A DNA stretch of 64,000 nucleotides. Source: Desulfatiglandales bacterium. Its GTDB lineage: Bacteria > Desulfobacterota > DSM-4660 > Desulfatiglandales > Desulfatiglandaceae. The translations under genes were made by a program, and so were the position numbers. This document shows positions 19,559 through 30,416 of the stretch, piece after piece. Position 1 is the stretch's first letter. Each line of letters starts with the position of its first letter. The notes under the pieces are model-generated. The model was not told the DNA's origin. It did no database searches and saw only the letters and a list, made by a program, of their open reading frames with translations. Location of the stretch: assembly GCA_963666345.1 (NCBI GenBank), contig OY762721.1, forward strand, positions 3,744,001 through 3,808,000, read 5' to 3'.

Positions 19559-22500
19559 ATGTCATATAAGTATTTTTTGAGATACTGTTTTGTCCTTTTT
19601 TTTCTTTTTTTATGTGTTCCCGCCCCCTGTCGGGCAGAGAGCGCTTCAGAGGATTTCAGGCTCGATGTAAAGGATTTTACACTTGATAACGGCATGCTTT
19701 TTTTGGTTGTGGAGCGCCACACCACCCCCCAGATCGGGTGCCGGGTAGCCATACGAGCGGGTTCGGCCCTGGAGGAATCGGGAAAGACCGGGATCGCGCA
19801 CCTTTTGGAGCATATGATGTTCAAGGGTACGAAAAATTTCGGCACCCTTGACCCTGAAAGGGATCAGGAGCTTCAGCGTGATATCGAGGCTGCATATCAG
19901 ACCATCCTGGCCGAAGAGACCAGGCGTGACCCTGACAGGAATCTTATCGGGAAAAAGCTTGATGAAATGGCCCGGCTCCGCAAGGAGGTGCAGGAGATAT
20001 ATGTTCCCCAGGCCTTTTCCTCCCATCTTGAAAGAAACGGCGCCTTCGGGGTCAATGCCTTTACAAGCAAGGATCAGACTCAATTCACCATGTCTGTCCC
20101 CTCCGACATGATAGAGCAGTGGTTTTCAAGCGTGAGCGAACAGCTCTTCGAGCCCTCCTGGAGGGAATTCTATGTGGAAAAGGAGGTGGTTCAAAGGGAG
20201 TGGGCCTTCAGGTATATCAACAACCCGGCGGGTGCCGCATGGCTTGACCTGAGCGCGACCGCATACAGGGCTCATCCTTATCGTAATCCGACCATAGGGT
20301 GGAGATCCGATATGGCCGGGTACAATACCACCGATGCGGCCGGATTTCATTCCAGATATTACAATCCGGCCAACGCGGTCTGTGTCCTGGTAGGCGACCT
20401 TACCGTGGATCAGGCAAGGCCCCTGGCGGAGATCTATTTCGGCAGATATCCGCACGGCAGAAGGGCGCCAGAGAAAGTTACGGCCGAACCCGCGCAGGAG
20501 GGGGTCAGAAGGAGCATAAGGTATCTGAAGGGTGCTCGCACCCCTGAGGTGAGGATAGGTTTCCATGCGGCCGGCATGGGGACAAAGGACTTCTACGCCC
20601 TGGACGCCTTGACCATGGTCCTGAGCCAGGGCCGCAGTTCAAGGATCGAGAGCGGTATCCTGAACAAGGGGCTTGCCTCCTCGGCCTGGGCCTACAACCC
20701 GGACAACCGTTATGGGGGGATGTTCATACTGGGAGGCTCGCCCAACGAACCTGAGGCGCTGAAAAAACAGGGGCTCAATGAACAAGAAAAGAAAACGGCC
20801 TATGTCAGGGCCTGTGAGGAATTTGAAGAGATCCTTCTGAACGTTGCAAAAGATATCAGGGATAATCCTGTTACCGATCGGGAACTTTCAAGGATTAAAA
20901 AACTCAATGAGCTTGATTTTATTGAAAACATGCGAAGCAACGAGACATTGGCCGGAATACTGGCCACCCTTGAGGTTCAGGCAGGGTGGCGATACCTGAA
21001 CGGATATCTTGAAGAGATGAAAAAGATTACTCCCCGTGACATAGGGAGGGCCGCGGAAAAGTATATCCGCAGAGATAATATGACGGTGGTCTATGTCATC
21101 CCGGGGGGCAGACCGGAAAAAGCCCCTGAAAAATATGAAGAGATCAGGACCGCAACAGGTTCTGCCGCAAAAAGGCTTTCAAGGCCTGAAAACTTCGAGA
21201 ACAGGTCAATCTATCCTACGCCGTCAGGCTGGAGACACCCCCTTTCTTTTGAGAGAAGACCTGACAAAATAGAATACCCAAAGGCGGATTCATTTGATAT
21301 TTCGGGCGCCAGGATTTTTTATCTGCCGGACAAGGAACTCCCCCTGGTGGACATGACATTCCTGATAAAGGCGGGAAGTGTGGATGTCAAGGAGGCCAAA
21401 ACCGGCCTGACCGGACTGCTTGAGCAGTGTATGATCAGGGGGGGAACAGAGGATTACAGCCCCGGTGAGTTTGCAGCTGCCCTTGATGCGCACGCGGTGG
21501 ACCTTTCCTTTACGGTAGATGAAGAGGTAACGACCCTGCGGTTCACGGCGCTCAAAAAGGAGTGGAAAAAAGGGCTTGAACTCCTGGGAGGCCTGATTTC
21601 AAGACCTGCCTTTGACGCGGATCTGCTCGATGTCGTAAAATCTCAGGCCGTAATGAGTCTCAAGAGACAGGGCGGAGATGCGGAGGCCGTGTCGGCGCGA
21701 GAGAGGGATTCCTGGCATTTCAGGGGACACCCGTACGGCAGGGATCCCCTGGACGGCATAGAAAGCATCCCCGATATTACCAGGGCGGATCTCAAAGGGT
21801 TCCACGAAAGATACTTCGTGCCTTCAAACATGGTCATCGCCGTATCGGGCGACATCGACAAGGCGGATTTGAGCAAAGAGCTTGAAGGATTATTGTCGGG
21901 CCTTCCGAAAAGACGGGCACCCTTGAGAAAACTGGATGAACCGGAGGATACTCCTCCCGTGCTTGCATTCATAGATAAGCCGGGGCAGGTTCAGTCACAG
22001 GTCAGGTTTGTCCTTCCGAGTGTCAAAAGGACTGATCCCGATTACTGGAAAATAAATCTCCTGGCCGATATATTCGGCGGAAGCGATTCTCTCCTTTATA
22101 CCAGGCTGCGCGATGATCTGGGCCTGGTCTATTCCTCATGGTTTTATCAGACCTATAAGTGGAAGGCGGGAATCCTGGCAGGTTATATGGGCTGTAAGGG
22201 AGACAAGACCTCACAGGCCATAGAGGAGACGGTTCGGATAATGAGGTCTCTGAGAAAAGAGGTCCCCGCGGACGCGGTTGAACAGAAGCGGCTCGACGCG
22301 TTAAACAGCTTTGTCTTTAATGTGGACAGTCCTGAAAGGCTTGTGGAGGCCTATGCAAAGTATCATATGAGAAAGGAGCCGCTTGATACGCTCGGGAGGA
22401 TTCAGGATTCCTTTTTAAGTGCCGAGCCTGAAGAGCTGAAGGAGCTGGCGCAACGTTTTCTGAATCCGGATCGACTTCAGATCTTTATCGTGGCGGATGG

Positions 22501-22609
22501 AAATATCCCGATCAAAAGGCAGGCGCATGAAAAGACAACCCTCAGACAGGATCTTGTCGCCCTTTCAAGTGAGCTGGGCCTGCCTTTTAGGGAACTGGCG
22601 CTGAGATAA
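19559..22609 (+). CDS. M16 (insulinase/pitrilysin) zinc peptidase, exported, fused two-lobe form
   Basis: Signal peptide; GIAHLLEHMMFKGT (HXXEH); NAFTS; second inactive M16 half. Confidence 0.9.
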   Translation: MSYKYFLRYCFVLFFLFLCVPAPCRAESASEDFRLDVKDFTLDNGMLFLVVERHTTPQIGCRVAIRAGSALEESGKTGIAHLLEHMMFKGTKNFGTLDPERDQELQRDIEAAYQTILAEETRRDPDRNLIGKKLDEMARLRKEVQEIYVPQAFSSHLERNGAFGVNAFTSKDQTQFTMSVPSDMIEQWFSSVSEQLFEPSWREFYVEKEVVQREWAFRYINNPAGAAWLDLSATAYRAHPYRNPTIGWRSDMAGYNTTDAAGFHSRYYNPANAVCVLVGDLTVDQARPLAEIYFGRYPHGRRAPEKVTAEPAQEGVRRSIRYLKGARTPEVRIGFHAAGMGTKDFYALDALTMVLSQGRSSRIESGILNKGLASSAWAYNPDNRYGGMFILGGSPNEPEALKKQGLNEQEKKTAYVRACEEFEEILLNVAKDIRDNPVTDRELSRIKKLNELDFIENMRSNETLAGILATLEVQAGWRYLNGYLEEMKKITPRDIGRAAEKYIRRDNMTVVYVIPGGRPEKAPEKYEEIRTATGSAAKRLSRPENFENRSIYPTPSGWRHPLSFERRPDKIEYPKADSFDISGARIFYLPDKELPLVDMTFLIKAGSVDVKEAKTGLTGLLEQCMIRGGTEDYSPGEFAAALDAHAVDLSFTVDEEVTTLRFTALKKEWKKGLELLGGLISRPAFDADLLDVVKSQAVMSLKRQGGDAEAVSARERDSWHFRGHPYGRDPLDGIESIPDITRADLKGFHERYFVPSNMVIAVSGDIDKADLSKELEGLLSGLPKRRAPLRKLDEPEDTPPVLAFIDKPGQVQSQVRFVLPSVKRTDPDYWKINLLADIFGGSDSLLYTRLRDDLGLVYSSWFYQTYKWKAGILAGYMGCKGDKTSQAIEETVRIMRSLRKEVPADAVEQKRLDALNSFVFNVDSPERLVEAYAKYHMRKEPLDTLGRIQDSFLSAEPEELKELAQRFLNPDRLQIFIVADGNIPIKRQAHEKTTLRQDLVALSSELGLPFRELALR

Positions 22610-22660
22610 TACACCCTTAGAGGAACAGGTCGAAGGAGCGGATTCAAGGGCAGCAGGGGT

Positions 22661-23470
22661 ATGCAGGAAAAAAAGGTGAACCGGAAAGTTGCGGAACGAA
22701 ACCGAATGCTCGGGACAAAAGCGGTTATTTTTATTCTCTTCATCTTTTCTCTGATGAGTGCGTCCGGGTGCGGCAAAAAGGCCTATGTGCGGCTCCCGCC
22801 CCCTGAAAGACATGTAACGGCGGTTTCAAGGACAGGTTATTCGATCCAGGCGGGGGCCTTTTCAGATCTGCAGAACGCGGTCAGGCTTGTGATGTCTCTC
22901 AAGGAAAAGGGCATAGACGCCTACTATTTCATGCATGGCTCGGGACTCTATAAGGTAAGATTCGGGGATTTCGCGGGAAGGGAAAAGGCCTTGAAAAAGG
23001 CTGCCGATCTTAAGGACATGGGTGTCATATCAGCCTTCTTCATCGTGTCGCCGAACGATTACGCGGCCTCCGAAACAAAGGGGTTCAGCGAAGGCCGCCT
23101 CAGGCGGGAGCTGGTCAGGACGGCGGAAAGCTTTATCGGCATCCCATACAGGTGGGGAGGTTCATCCATGTCCGGAGGGTTTGACTGCAGCGGGCTTACA
23201 TCGGCGGTATATCACCTCAACGGGCTTTCCCTTCCCAGGACGAGCCGCGAGCAGTACGGCAGGGGGGCGGCGATAAAAAGGAGGGAACTGAAAAAGGGGG
23301 ATCTTGTATTCTTTGCGACCGGATCGGGTAAAAAGGTGTCTCATGTGGGCATATATACCGGAAAAGACAGCTTCATACATGCGCCGGGCAGGAACAAGGA
23401 TATAAGGCAGGACCGGATCTCCAGCGCCTATTTCAGTAAAAGGTATGTGGGGGCAAGGAGATACATTTAG
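22661..23470 (+). CDS. SPOR + NlpC/P60 peptidoglycan endopeptidase, probable lipoprotein
   Basis: Lipobox-like ASGC; YSIQAGAF SPOR; YRWGG, FDCSG, LPRTS, SHVGIY, FIHA. Confidence 0.9.
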   Translation: MQEKKVNRKVAERNRMLGTKAVIFILFIFSLMSASGCGKKAYVRLPPPERHVTAVSRTGYSIQAGAFSDLQNAVRLVMSLKEKGIDAYYFMHGSGLYKVRFGDFAGREKALKKAADLKDMGVISAFFIVSPNDYAASETKGFSEGRLRRELVRTAESFIGIPYRWGGSSMSGGFDCSGLTSAVYHLNGLSLPRTSREQYGRGAAIKRRELKKGDLVFFATGSGKKVSHVGIYTGKDSFIHAPGRNKDIRQDRISSAYFSKRYVGARRYI

Positions 23471-23618
23471 ACGGGTGCTGCGGGAAAAGTGCCTGTAAAT
23501 CGGAGCGGATAGAGCTACCGGAATTAAAGGCGCGTGAATGTACGGGGTCGCAATCCGTCCCCGTTAAGGGGAAAACGAACGCCCCGCCCTTACAGGGCCG
23601 GGATCTTTTGCTTTCGGG

Positions 23619-24587
23619 GTGAGTTCCATGATTGAACAGGTAAGAGCGGCTGTCGAAAGACTCAAGGGTAAGGCCCATGTAACCCCTGTTATGACGTCAA
23701 AGACGCTTGACATGATGACCGGGTGCGAGGTGTTCCTCAAGTGCGAGAACTATCAGAGGATGGGCGCCTTTAAATTCCGCGGGGCCTACAATGCCATGAG
23801 CAGGCTTTCGGAAAAGGAAAGGGGCAGGGGGGTGATTACCCACTCATCAGGCAACCATGCCCAGGCGGTGGCCCTGGTGGGAAAGATACTCGGCATAAAG
23901 ACCACGGTGGTCATGCCTGTGGACGCGCCTTTGATAAAACGCTCGGCAACAGAGGGTTACGGGGCAGCAGTCGTCGAATATGACCCTGAAAAGGCCACAC
24001 GCGAGGAGATATCGGAGAGCCTTGGAAAAGAAAAGGGTCTCACCCTGATTCCCCCATATGATCACATAGACGTGGTAGCGGGACAGGGCACCTCGTCTTT
24101 TGAACTGTGGGAAGAGGTTAAAAGGCTCGATACTCTCCTTGTCCCCTGCGGAGGGGGAGGCCTTCTGAGCGGTTGTGCCATAGCCTCAAAGGCCTTTGAT
24201 CCTTCATGCCGGGTAATGGGAATAGAGCCTGAATGCGCAAACGACGCGACCCTCTCATTCCGCTCCGGCGTGCTTCACACAGTCAAAAACCCACCCACCA
24301 TAGCAGACGGGACCAGAACCCCTTCCCTCGGCAAGCTGACATTTCCCCTTGTGATGGAGTATGTGGACGCGATGGAGACGGTCTCTGAGCAGTCCATTAT
24401 GGAGGCGGTGAGGTTTCTTTTCTTCAGGATGAAGATGGTTGTGGAGCCCTCGGGCGCGCTCGGTGTGGCAGCTCTTCTGAGCGGCCGGGTAAAAGAGGCC
24501 GGGAGAGCGGGCGTGATAATAAGCGGAGGCAATATCGACGGGCCGACCATGACAAGGATACTTAAAGGCGATGGCGCGCAAGGTTGA
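23619..24587 (+). CDS. PLP-dependent serine/threonine dehydratase family (threo-3-hydroxyaspartate ammonia-lyase-like)
   Basis: GAFKFRGA, SSGNHAQA, PCGGGGL, VEPSGA, SGGN. Confidence 0.88.
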   Translation: MSSMIEQVRAAVERLKGKAHVTPVMTSKTLDMMTGCEVFLKCENYQRMGAFKFRGAYNAMSRLSEKERGRGVITHSSGNHAQAVALVGKILGIKTTVVMPVDAPLIKRSATEGYGAAVVEYDPEKATREEISESLGKEKGLTLIPPYDHIDVVAGQGTSSFELWEEVKRLDTLLVPCGGGGLLSGCAIASKAFDPSCRVMGIEPECANDATLSFRSGVLHTVKNPPTIADGTRTPSLGKLTFPLVMEYVDAMETVSEQSIMEAVRFLFFRMKMVVEPSGALGVAALLSGRVKEAGRAGVIISGGNIDGPTMTRILKGDGAQG

Positions 24588-25224
24588 AAACATAATAAAA
24601 CTGCCCAAAGACAGGGTCAGGATACTGTTCGAAGACGGCCTTTCCCTGACGGTTAGAGAGGAGGCGGCATCGGGGATCATAAAGGGTGATGAGTTGAGCA
24701 GGGAAACAGGGGAGGTCCTGAGAATTGAGCAGGAACTGCTGGATGCGTGGGACAGGGCCCTCGGGTTTATAAAATTCAGGCCGAGGAGCAGCCGTGAGGT
24801 CGTTAATTATCTGAGGGGCAGGAAATACCCGGAACATGTGATCGATCAAACGGTTGAAAGACTGTCAAACGATAAAATCCTGGATGATGAGGCCTTTGCC
24901 CGTTACTGGGTCAATAACAGGGAGCTTTTCAAACCAAGGGGTATCCACGGCCTCAGGTGGGAACTTAAACAGAAGGGTATACCGGATGCTTTTATAGAAG
25001 GGGCCCTTTCCCTGGTCGATGAAGAGGCCTCAGCCTGGTCGGCGGTTGAGTCCCGCCTGAAGGTGTGGAAAAGACTTGAAAAGATGGTTTTCAAGAAAAA
25101 GATGGTCTCCTTTCTCATGCGCAGGGGGTTCAGCTATGAGATCTCGGCTGCGACCTTCAACAGGGCGTGGACCTCCGTAAACGACCGGCCGGAGTCGGGC
25201 ATTGATCCTCCGGCATTTGATTGA
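24571..25224 (+). CDS. recX: Regulatory protein RecX
   Basis: RPRSSREV, LDDEAFA, ELKQKGI, FLMRRGF. Confidence 0.88.
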   Translation: MARKVENIIKLPKDRVRILFEDGLSLTVREEAASGIIKGDELSRETGEVLRIEQELLDAWDRALGFIKFRPRSSREVVNYLRGRKYPEHVIDQTVERLSNDKILDDEAFARYWVNNRELFKPRGIHGLRWELKQKGIPDAFIEGALSLVDEEASAWSAVESRLKVWKRLEKMVFKKKMVSFLMRRGFSYEISAATFNRAWTSVNDRPESGIDPPAFD

Positions 25225-25237
25225 TTATGAATTTGTC

Positions 25238-25852
25238 ATGAACAGAGCCTTCAAAATATCCCTGCTTGTTTTTGCTGTTCTGTTTGCAGCCTTAATGCTT
25301 CGGCCCTCATCTCCTTCCATAAGAAACAGTGAGCCTGAAGGCGAAAACATCATATGCTTCGGAGACAGCCTTACATCCGGCACAGGCGCGTCTGACGGGA
25401 TGGATTATCCGTCCCAGCTTTCCCGGATGCTATCAATTCCGGTCATAAACGCGGGGGCTGCAGGGGATACCACGGGAAAGGCGTTATTAAGGCTTGAAAG
25501 GGATGTGCTTTCACGTTCCCCTAAGATAGTGCTTATTACCCTTGGGGGAAATGATCTCAAAAACAGGGTGCCGAAACAGGAGGCCTTTGAAAACCTCGGA
25601 AAAATCATTGAATCGATTCAGGAAAAAGGGGCGCTCGTTGTGGTGGGGGGGCTGGATTTCAAGATGTACGGCAGGGGATTCGGCGAGCAGTACCGGAAGG
25701 TGGCAGAAGAGACAGGTTCGGTGCTGATAGAAAACGTATTTGAGGGGATAATGGGTGAAAAGGCCTTAATGAGCGATCCGATACATCCCAATGATAAGGG
25801 ATACACCGTAATGGCGGAAAGATTTAAAGAGGCGATTGAGCCGTATATCTGA
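25238..25852 (+). CDS. SGNH/GDSL arylesterase
   Basis: FGDSLT, NAG, GGND, DPIHPN blocks; N-terminal hydrophobic segment. Confidence 0.9.
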   Translation: MNRAFKISLLVFAVLFAALMLRPSSPSIRNSEPEGENIICFGDSLTSGTGASDGMDYPSQLSRMLSIPVINAGAAGDTTGKALLRLERDVLSRSPKIVLITLGGNDLKNRVPKQEAFENLGKIIESIQEKGALVVVGGLDFKMYGRGFGEQYRKVAEETGSVLIENVFEGIMGEKALMSDPIHPNDKGYTVMAERFKEAIEPYI

Positions 25853-25911
25853 GCCGTTACAGCCTGATAAATACATTATTTTTTACATTCAGACAGAGAA
25901 GGCGGAAAGAT

Positions 25912-26841
25912 ATGATAGTACAGGTATACGAAATACAGAAACCGGAAGAGGCTGAGCAGTGTATCGAAATCGGTGTTGATCATGTGGGCTCGGTTCTCCT
26001 GCATCAGGACGAATGGCGCCTGCCCGAGATAAGGGACCTGGTTAAGCTGTCATCAGGAACAGATGTTAAAAACAGCCTGATCCCCCTTTTCAGGCATGCC
26101 GACACCCTTTACAGATGCATTGACTATTACCGGCCCGATTATATCCATTTCTGCGAGAGCCTCACCGACGAAAAAGGGGGCAAACAGGACCTTGCGCCCT
26201 GGATCGACTATCAGCGGGAAATGAAAAAAAGGTTCCCTGAAGTCGGTATCATCCGTTCCATACCGATTCCTGAAAGCGGGGCAGGGGATGAATTTCCGAC
26301 CCTGGAGATAGCCGGGGCGCTTGAACATGTAAGCGATATCTTCCTTACCGATACCTGGCTTGGAAAAGAGCCTGTGGAGGGCTACATCGGGATCACAGGG
26401 AAGACATGCAATATTGACATGGCAAGGGAACTTGTGCGTGCAAGCGGCATCCCGGTAATCCTTGCAGGCGGGCTGGGTCCTGAAAATGTGTTTGACGCGG
26501 TCAGTGATGTGAAAAGCGCGGGCGCGGACAGCTGCACCGGGACGAATCTGCATGATGAAAAGGAGGGTTCACTCAGATTCAGAAAAGATTTTTCCAGGGT
26601 AAGGGAGTTTGTAGCCGAGATCAGGCGCGCCTCAGAGGCACTGGCTCAAGAAGAGAAAAGGCTTGCAAATGAACTCGGCCGGTTGAAGGATGAGCTGGAT
26701 GAAAGGGAAAGGGCGCTTCCTCCACACTCAGTTAAGCCTTACCAGTTGATCGCCATTGAAGAGCTTGAAGAAGAGGTGGATCTCAAGGAAAAGGAGTTGC
26801 TGAAACTCAAATGGGCAACGGGGAAATTTGAGCGCAGCTGA
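25912..26841 (+). CDS. TrpF (phosphoribosylanthranilate isomerase)-like TIM barrel with C-terminal coiled-coil extension
   Basis: GITGKT, ILAGGLGPENV, GADSCTG; about 65-aa acidic helical tail. Confidence 0.6.
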   Translation: MIVQVYEIQKPEEAEQCIEIGVDHVGSVLLHQDEWRLPEIRDLVKLSSGTDVKNSLIPLFRHADTLYRCIDYYRPDYIHFCESLTDEKGGKQDLAPWIDYQREMKKRFPEVGIIRSIPIPESGAGDEFPTLEIAGALEHVSDIFLTDTWLGKEPVEGYIGITGKTCNIDMARELVRASGIPVILAGGLGPENVFDAVSDVKSAGADSCTGTNLHDEKEGSLRFRKDFSRVREFVAEIRRASEALAQEEKRLANELGRLKDELDERERALPPHSVKPYQLIAIEELEEEVDLKEKELLKLKWATGKFERS

Positions 26842-26928
26842 TATGTAAGGAATCGCCCCTCTTTCATGCCGGGCAATCAAATGGACGAGGCCTTTAAAGG
26901 AACCTGAGTTTACGGGAGAAGATGATAT

Positions 26929-27606
26929 ATGAAACTTTCCGGAAAGCTGTGGCATGCCAACCGCGACATTGCCGAGGCATGTCTGGCTCACCCCTTTATA
27001 AGGGGGCTGGCCGCGGGAGACCTTCCGCGTAGCTGTTTTTCCTATTATGTAAGCCAGGATTCCTTTTTCCTTAAGGCATTTGCCAGGGCCTATACCATTG
27101 CAGGCGCCAAATCGCCCGACTGGGAAGGCTTTTGCTCGCTGCACGGCCTGGCTGAAGGCGTGCTGGAAGAGCTCAGACTGCACGCCTCATACGCGGCCAG
27201 GTGGGGGGTGGAGATAGAGGATGTGGAACCTGAGGCCGCAACCAGGCGGTATACCGATTTTATCATGGCTGTTGCGTGGGGACACGACACGGGTATTACG
27301 GTAGCCGCTCTTAGTCCCTGCATGAGACTCTACTCCTTTCTGGGCCAACAGCTGGCAAAGGAAAATCCGCCTGAACATTCCTATTCCGACTGGATAAAGA
27401 CCTACAGCAGCCAGGACATAGAAGATCTTGCGGTCAGGCTTGAGGAGCTGACTGACCGTTACGCATCCGATACCCCTCTGCTGAGATCCACCTACAGATA
27501 CGCCATGGAATGTGAGCACGATTTTTTTCAGGCTGCCTGTGATATACCTGAAAACAAGGGCGGTGCCATAGAAAAATCCGGATCACCTCCAAAAGAGTTG
27601 ATCTAG
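26929..27606 (+). CDS. tenA: TenA/THI-4 family (thiaminase II-like) protein
   Basis: HPF, YVSQD, PCMRLY, WIKTY, E-x-x-FF. Confidence 0.85.
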   Translation: MKLSGKLWHANRDIAEACLAHPFIRGLAAGDLPRSCFSYYVSQDSFFLKAFARAYTIAGAKSPDWEGFCSLHGLAEGVLEELRLHASYAARWGVEIEDVEPEAATRRYTDFIMAVAWGHDTGITVAALSPCMRLYSFLGQQLAKENPPEHSYSDWIKTYSSQDIEDLAVRLEELTDRYASDTPLLRSTYRYAMECEHDFFQAACDIPENKGGAIEKSGSPPKELI

Positions 27607-27708
27607 ATGAAGGATTGGAGGGGGTGCAGGCTGGGAGGGTATCCGCACTTTGCGAATTTTCCGTATAACCGGTAATGAATAACACTGTACGACCAAATAG
27701 CTGTCGCT

Positions 27709-27995
27709 CCGGTGCCGGCACTCTTTCCCCGGCCTTCTCTATACCTTACGGAAAAGTGACCGTATCCCAGGGCTTTTACGGGCGCTACCTTGGCTGATAT
27801 GGCACCGTGGAACAAAGCCCGGTCTTGCGGCCACTGCTGCTGCCTGTGGTATTTTTTGTGAGATAAGACCGGGGGGAAAGGGCCCCGGCACCTCCGCTCG
27901 TTCGTAAGGCAACCAGAGATATTGGAAAACGGTCGGTTGCGTTTTCACGCGTTTTTCGCCAATTAAGCGGAGCAAAGAAACCGGGAACCCTTGGA
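27709..27995. repeat. Third, diverged copy of the 6947-7465 intergenic repeat
   Basis: Shares ccttctctat..ttacggaaaagtgacc, gcctgtggtattttttgtgagataag, cgctcgttcgtaaggcaa. Confidence 0.88.
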
Positions 27996-28107
27996 GCCTT
28001 TCTCCCAATTAATCGGGAGAAGAATCAAAAACAGTAAACGCCGTTCAAGGCCGGTTTGCCCATAGCGGCGATTTTGAGATGAGGCGGGAAAACGGGGGTT
28101 TTGATCA

Positions 28108-29121
28108 ATGCAAATGGAAGGCGGATCCGGGATCGATTCCTTTTTTTTCAGGGGGCTTCATCCTCTTATATCCATCGGAACTGCCAGTGACAGGTATGCC
28201 GGGTGGCTGGGACAGATATATTCAGAGGGGCGTTATGAAGGACGAATCAGCAGCAGAAAAAAGAAGTTCGGATCGGCTTATTATACCGAGAAGGTGCTTC
28301 CCGTTGAAAGCGTTGAAGAATATTTCGAGCATTTCAAGGTCCTGGAACTTGATTTCACCTTTTACTCCCCTTTACTCGACATGGATGGGAACCCCACCAG
28401 GACCTGGCATGTCTTAAACAGCTACGCCGGTCATATGAGGGAGGGGAACAGGGTAATCCTGAAGGTACCTCAAGCGGTGTTTGCAAGGAGCTTCAGGCGG
28501 GGAAAAGGGCAGGTCGAAAACGAACATTACCTTGACTCCGAGATGTTCATAAGACAGTTCTATGAACCTGCCTGCCTGCTTTTTGACCGGCGGATCGAGG
28601 CGTTTGTCTTTGAGCAGGAATATCAGCGTGCTTCACTCAGGCCTCTTCCGGAGGCCTTTGCGCGGGAGCTGGGCCGGTTTTTTGAAAAAATCCCTCAAGA
28701 CAACAGGTATCATGTGGAAATCCGGACTCAGGCACTCTTGTCAGCCCCGGTTGTCAAGACACTGAAGGATCATGGTATCGGTTATGTCCTGTCTCACTGG
28801 ACATGGCTTCCCTCTCTTAAAAGCCAGTACAGGCTCATGGGGGACGTCCTTTTTAACAGGTCCGGCAGCTCCGTCATGCGTCTGATGACGCCCAGAGGCA
28901 TGCGTTATGAAGACGCCTACAAAAAGGCTCATCCGTTTGACCGGCTTGTCCACGGGATGCTAAGCAGTGAGATGATAAATGAGACCGTTGATATAATGAA
29001 AGACGCCTTTGAAAATAATGCCGGGATAAATGTCGTAATAAACAACCGTTCAGGAGGAAACGCCCCGCTGATAGCCCGCGAGATAGCCTCAAGGTTCCTT
29101 GATATTACGGGGGCCGCATAA
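28108..29121 (+). CDS. DUF72 (YecE) family protein
   Basis: IGTAS, WLGQIY, LELDFTFY, LKVPQ, VEIRT, NNRSGGNAP. Confidence 0.85.
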   Translation: MQMEGGSGIDSFFFRGLHPLISIGTASDRYAGWLGQIYSEGRYEGRISSRKKKFGSAYYTEKVLPVESVEEYFEHFKVLELDFTFYSPLLDMDGNPTRTWHVLNSYAGHMREGNRVILKVPQAVFARSFRRGKGQVENEHYLDSEMFIRQFYEPACLLFDRRIEAFVFEQEYQRASLRPLPEAFARELGRFFEKIPQDNRYHVEIRTQALLSAPVVKTLKDHGIGYVLSHWTWLPSLKSQYRLMGDVLFNRSGSSVMRLMTPRGMRYEDAYKKAHPFDRLVHGMLSSEMINETVDIMKDAFENNAGINVVINNRSGGNAPLIAREIASRFLDITGAA

Positions 29122-29135
29122 CACCCCGAATCAAA

Positions 29136-30188
29136 TCATGCCGTAGCCTCTATCTTTTCCTGCTGCCGCTTTTCCGCAAGGGCTGAGCTGAGAGGGTCAA
29201 TGGTCCATCGCAGCAGGGTGGCGGCCCAGGTAAGCCCCGCACCGAAGCTTACAAGCAGGACGTTGTCACCCTTCTTCACAAGGCCCTCCCTGTAGGCCTC
29301 GTCAAGGGCGAGAGGTATGGTGGCCGAGGATGTGTTTCCATACTTGTGAATGTTCGTGTACACACGATCCATTGGGATTTTGAGACTTTTGGCAAGCGCG
29401 TGAATTATCCTTATGTTGGCCTGATGGGGCACTACAAGGCTTATGTCGTCACTTGAAAGCCTGTTTTTATCAAGGGCCTCCTCGGAAATGGAGGCCATAT
29501 ACTCGACCGCCCTCTTAAAGAGCCTGTTGCCTTCCATTTTGAGGTGATACGGCTTTAGATCGATATCCTCCAGCGCCTCAGGGACAAATGTGTTGCCGTC
29601 CGAGGAATAGAGCAGTTCCCAGTGCGTGCCGTCCGATCTGATATGTGTTGAAAGTATACCTTTATCACTTTCAACGGAATCGATTACCACCGCGCCCGCG
29701 CCGTCGGCAAGAAGAACGCATGTGCCTCTGTCATGCCAGTTCACTATACCTGAGAGGCGTTCAACACCTATGACGAGCGCCTTTCGGCAGTTGCCGGTCT
29801 GAACCGCGTTGTCTACCGTGGAAAGGGCGTACAGGAAGCCGGAGCATCCGGCGGAAATATCAAAGGCCGCGGCCTTGCAGGCTTTCAATTCCTTCTGCAC
29901 CATGCAGGCGGTTGAAGGAAACTGACGTTCGGGAGTTACGGTCCCTACCACTATCATGTCCAGCTCTTGAGGCGATACCCCGGACATGGCAAGGGCCTTT
30001 ACGGATGCCTGGGTAGCCAGGTCGGTTGCGTTTTCATCTTTTTCGTTTGATGATATGCGTCTTTCCTTTATTCCGCTTCTTCTGGTAATCCATTCGTCCG
30101 TGGTCTCAACGATTCCTTCCAGGTCCTTATTTGACAATATTCTTTCAGGGGTTGATGATCCGGTGCCGATTATATGGGCATGAGGCAT
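29136..30188 (-). CDS. fabH: Beta-ketoacyl-ACP synthase III
   Basis: AGCSGF (catalytic Cys), PHQANIRI, YGNTSSA, FGAGLTW. Confidence 0.95.
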   Translation of the reverse strand: MPHAHIIGTGSSTPERILSNKDLEGIVETTDEWITRRSGIKERRISSNEKDENATDLATQASVKALAMSGVSPQELDMIVVGTVTPERQFPSTACMVQKELKACKAAAFDISAGCSGFLYALSTVDNAVQTGNCRKALVIGVERLSGIVNWHDRGTCVLLADGAGAVVIDSVESDKGILSTHIRSDGTHWELLYSSDGNTFVPEALEDIDLKPYHLKMEGNRLFKRAVEYMASISEEALDKNRLSSDDISLVVPHQANIRIIHALAKSLKIPMDRVYTNIHKYGNTSSATIPLALDEAYREGLVKKGDNVLLVSFGAGLTWAATLLRWTIDPLSSALAEKRQQEKIEATA

Positions 30189-30416
30189 ATTTGCTTTGCT
30201 CCTTCGATTTGCGCATTTTTGTAACGAAATAATATAAGAAGAAAGCTTCTCTCTGTCAAATTAAATGAGCCCCCAGCATAAGGGGCTCTGTTCAAGAACC
30301 GCGATTTGCAGCCTTTCTTCCGGGCCTCTCCGAAGAGTTCCTCCGGTTGAGGCTGCCGGGTAAATGGGCCGTGGTTGTAACCTGTTGGAATTAGAAGTTT
30401 ATGTAAAAAATGCAAT

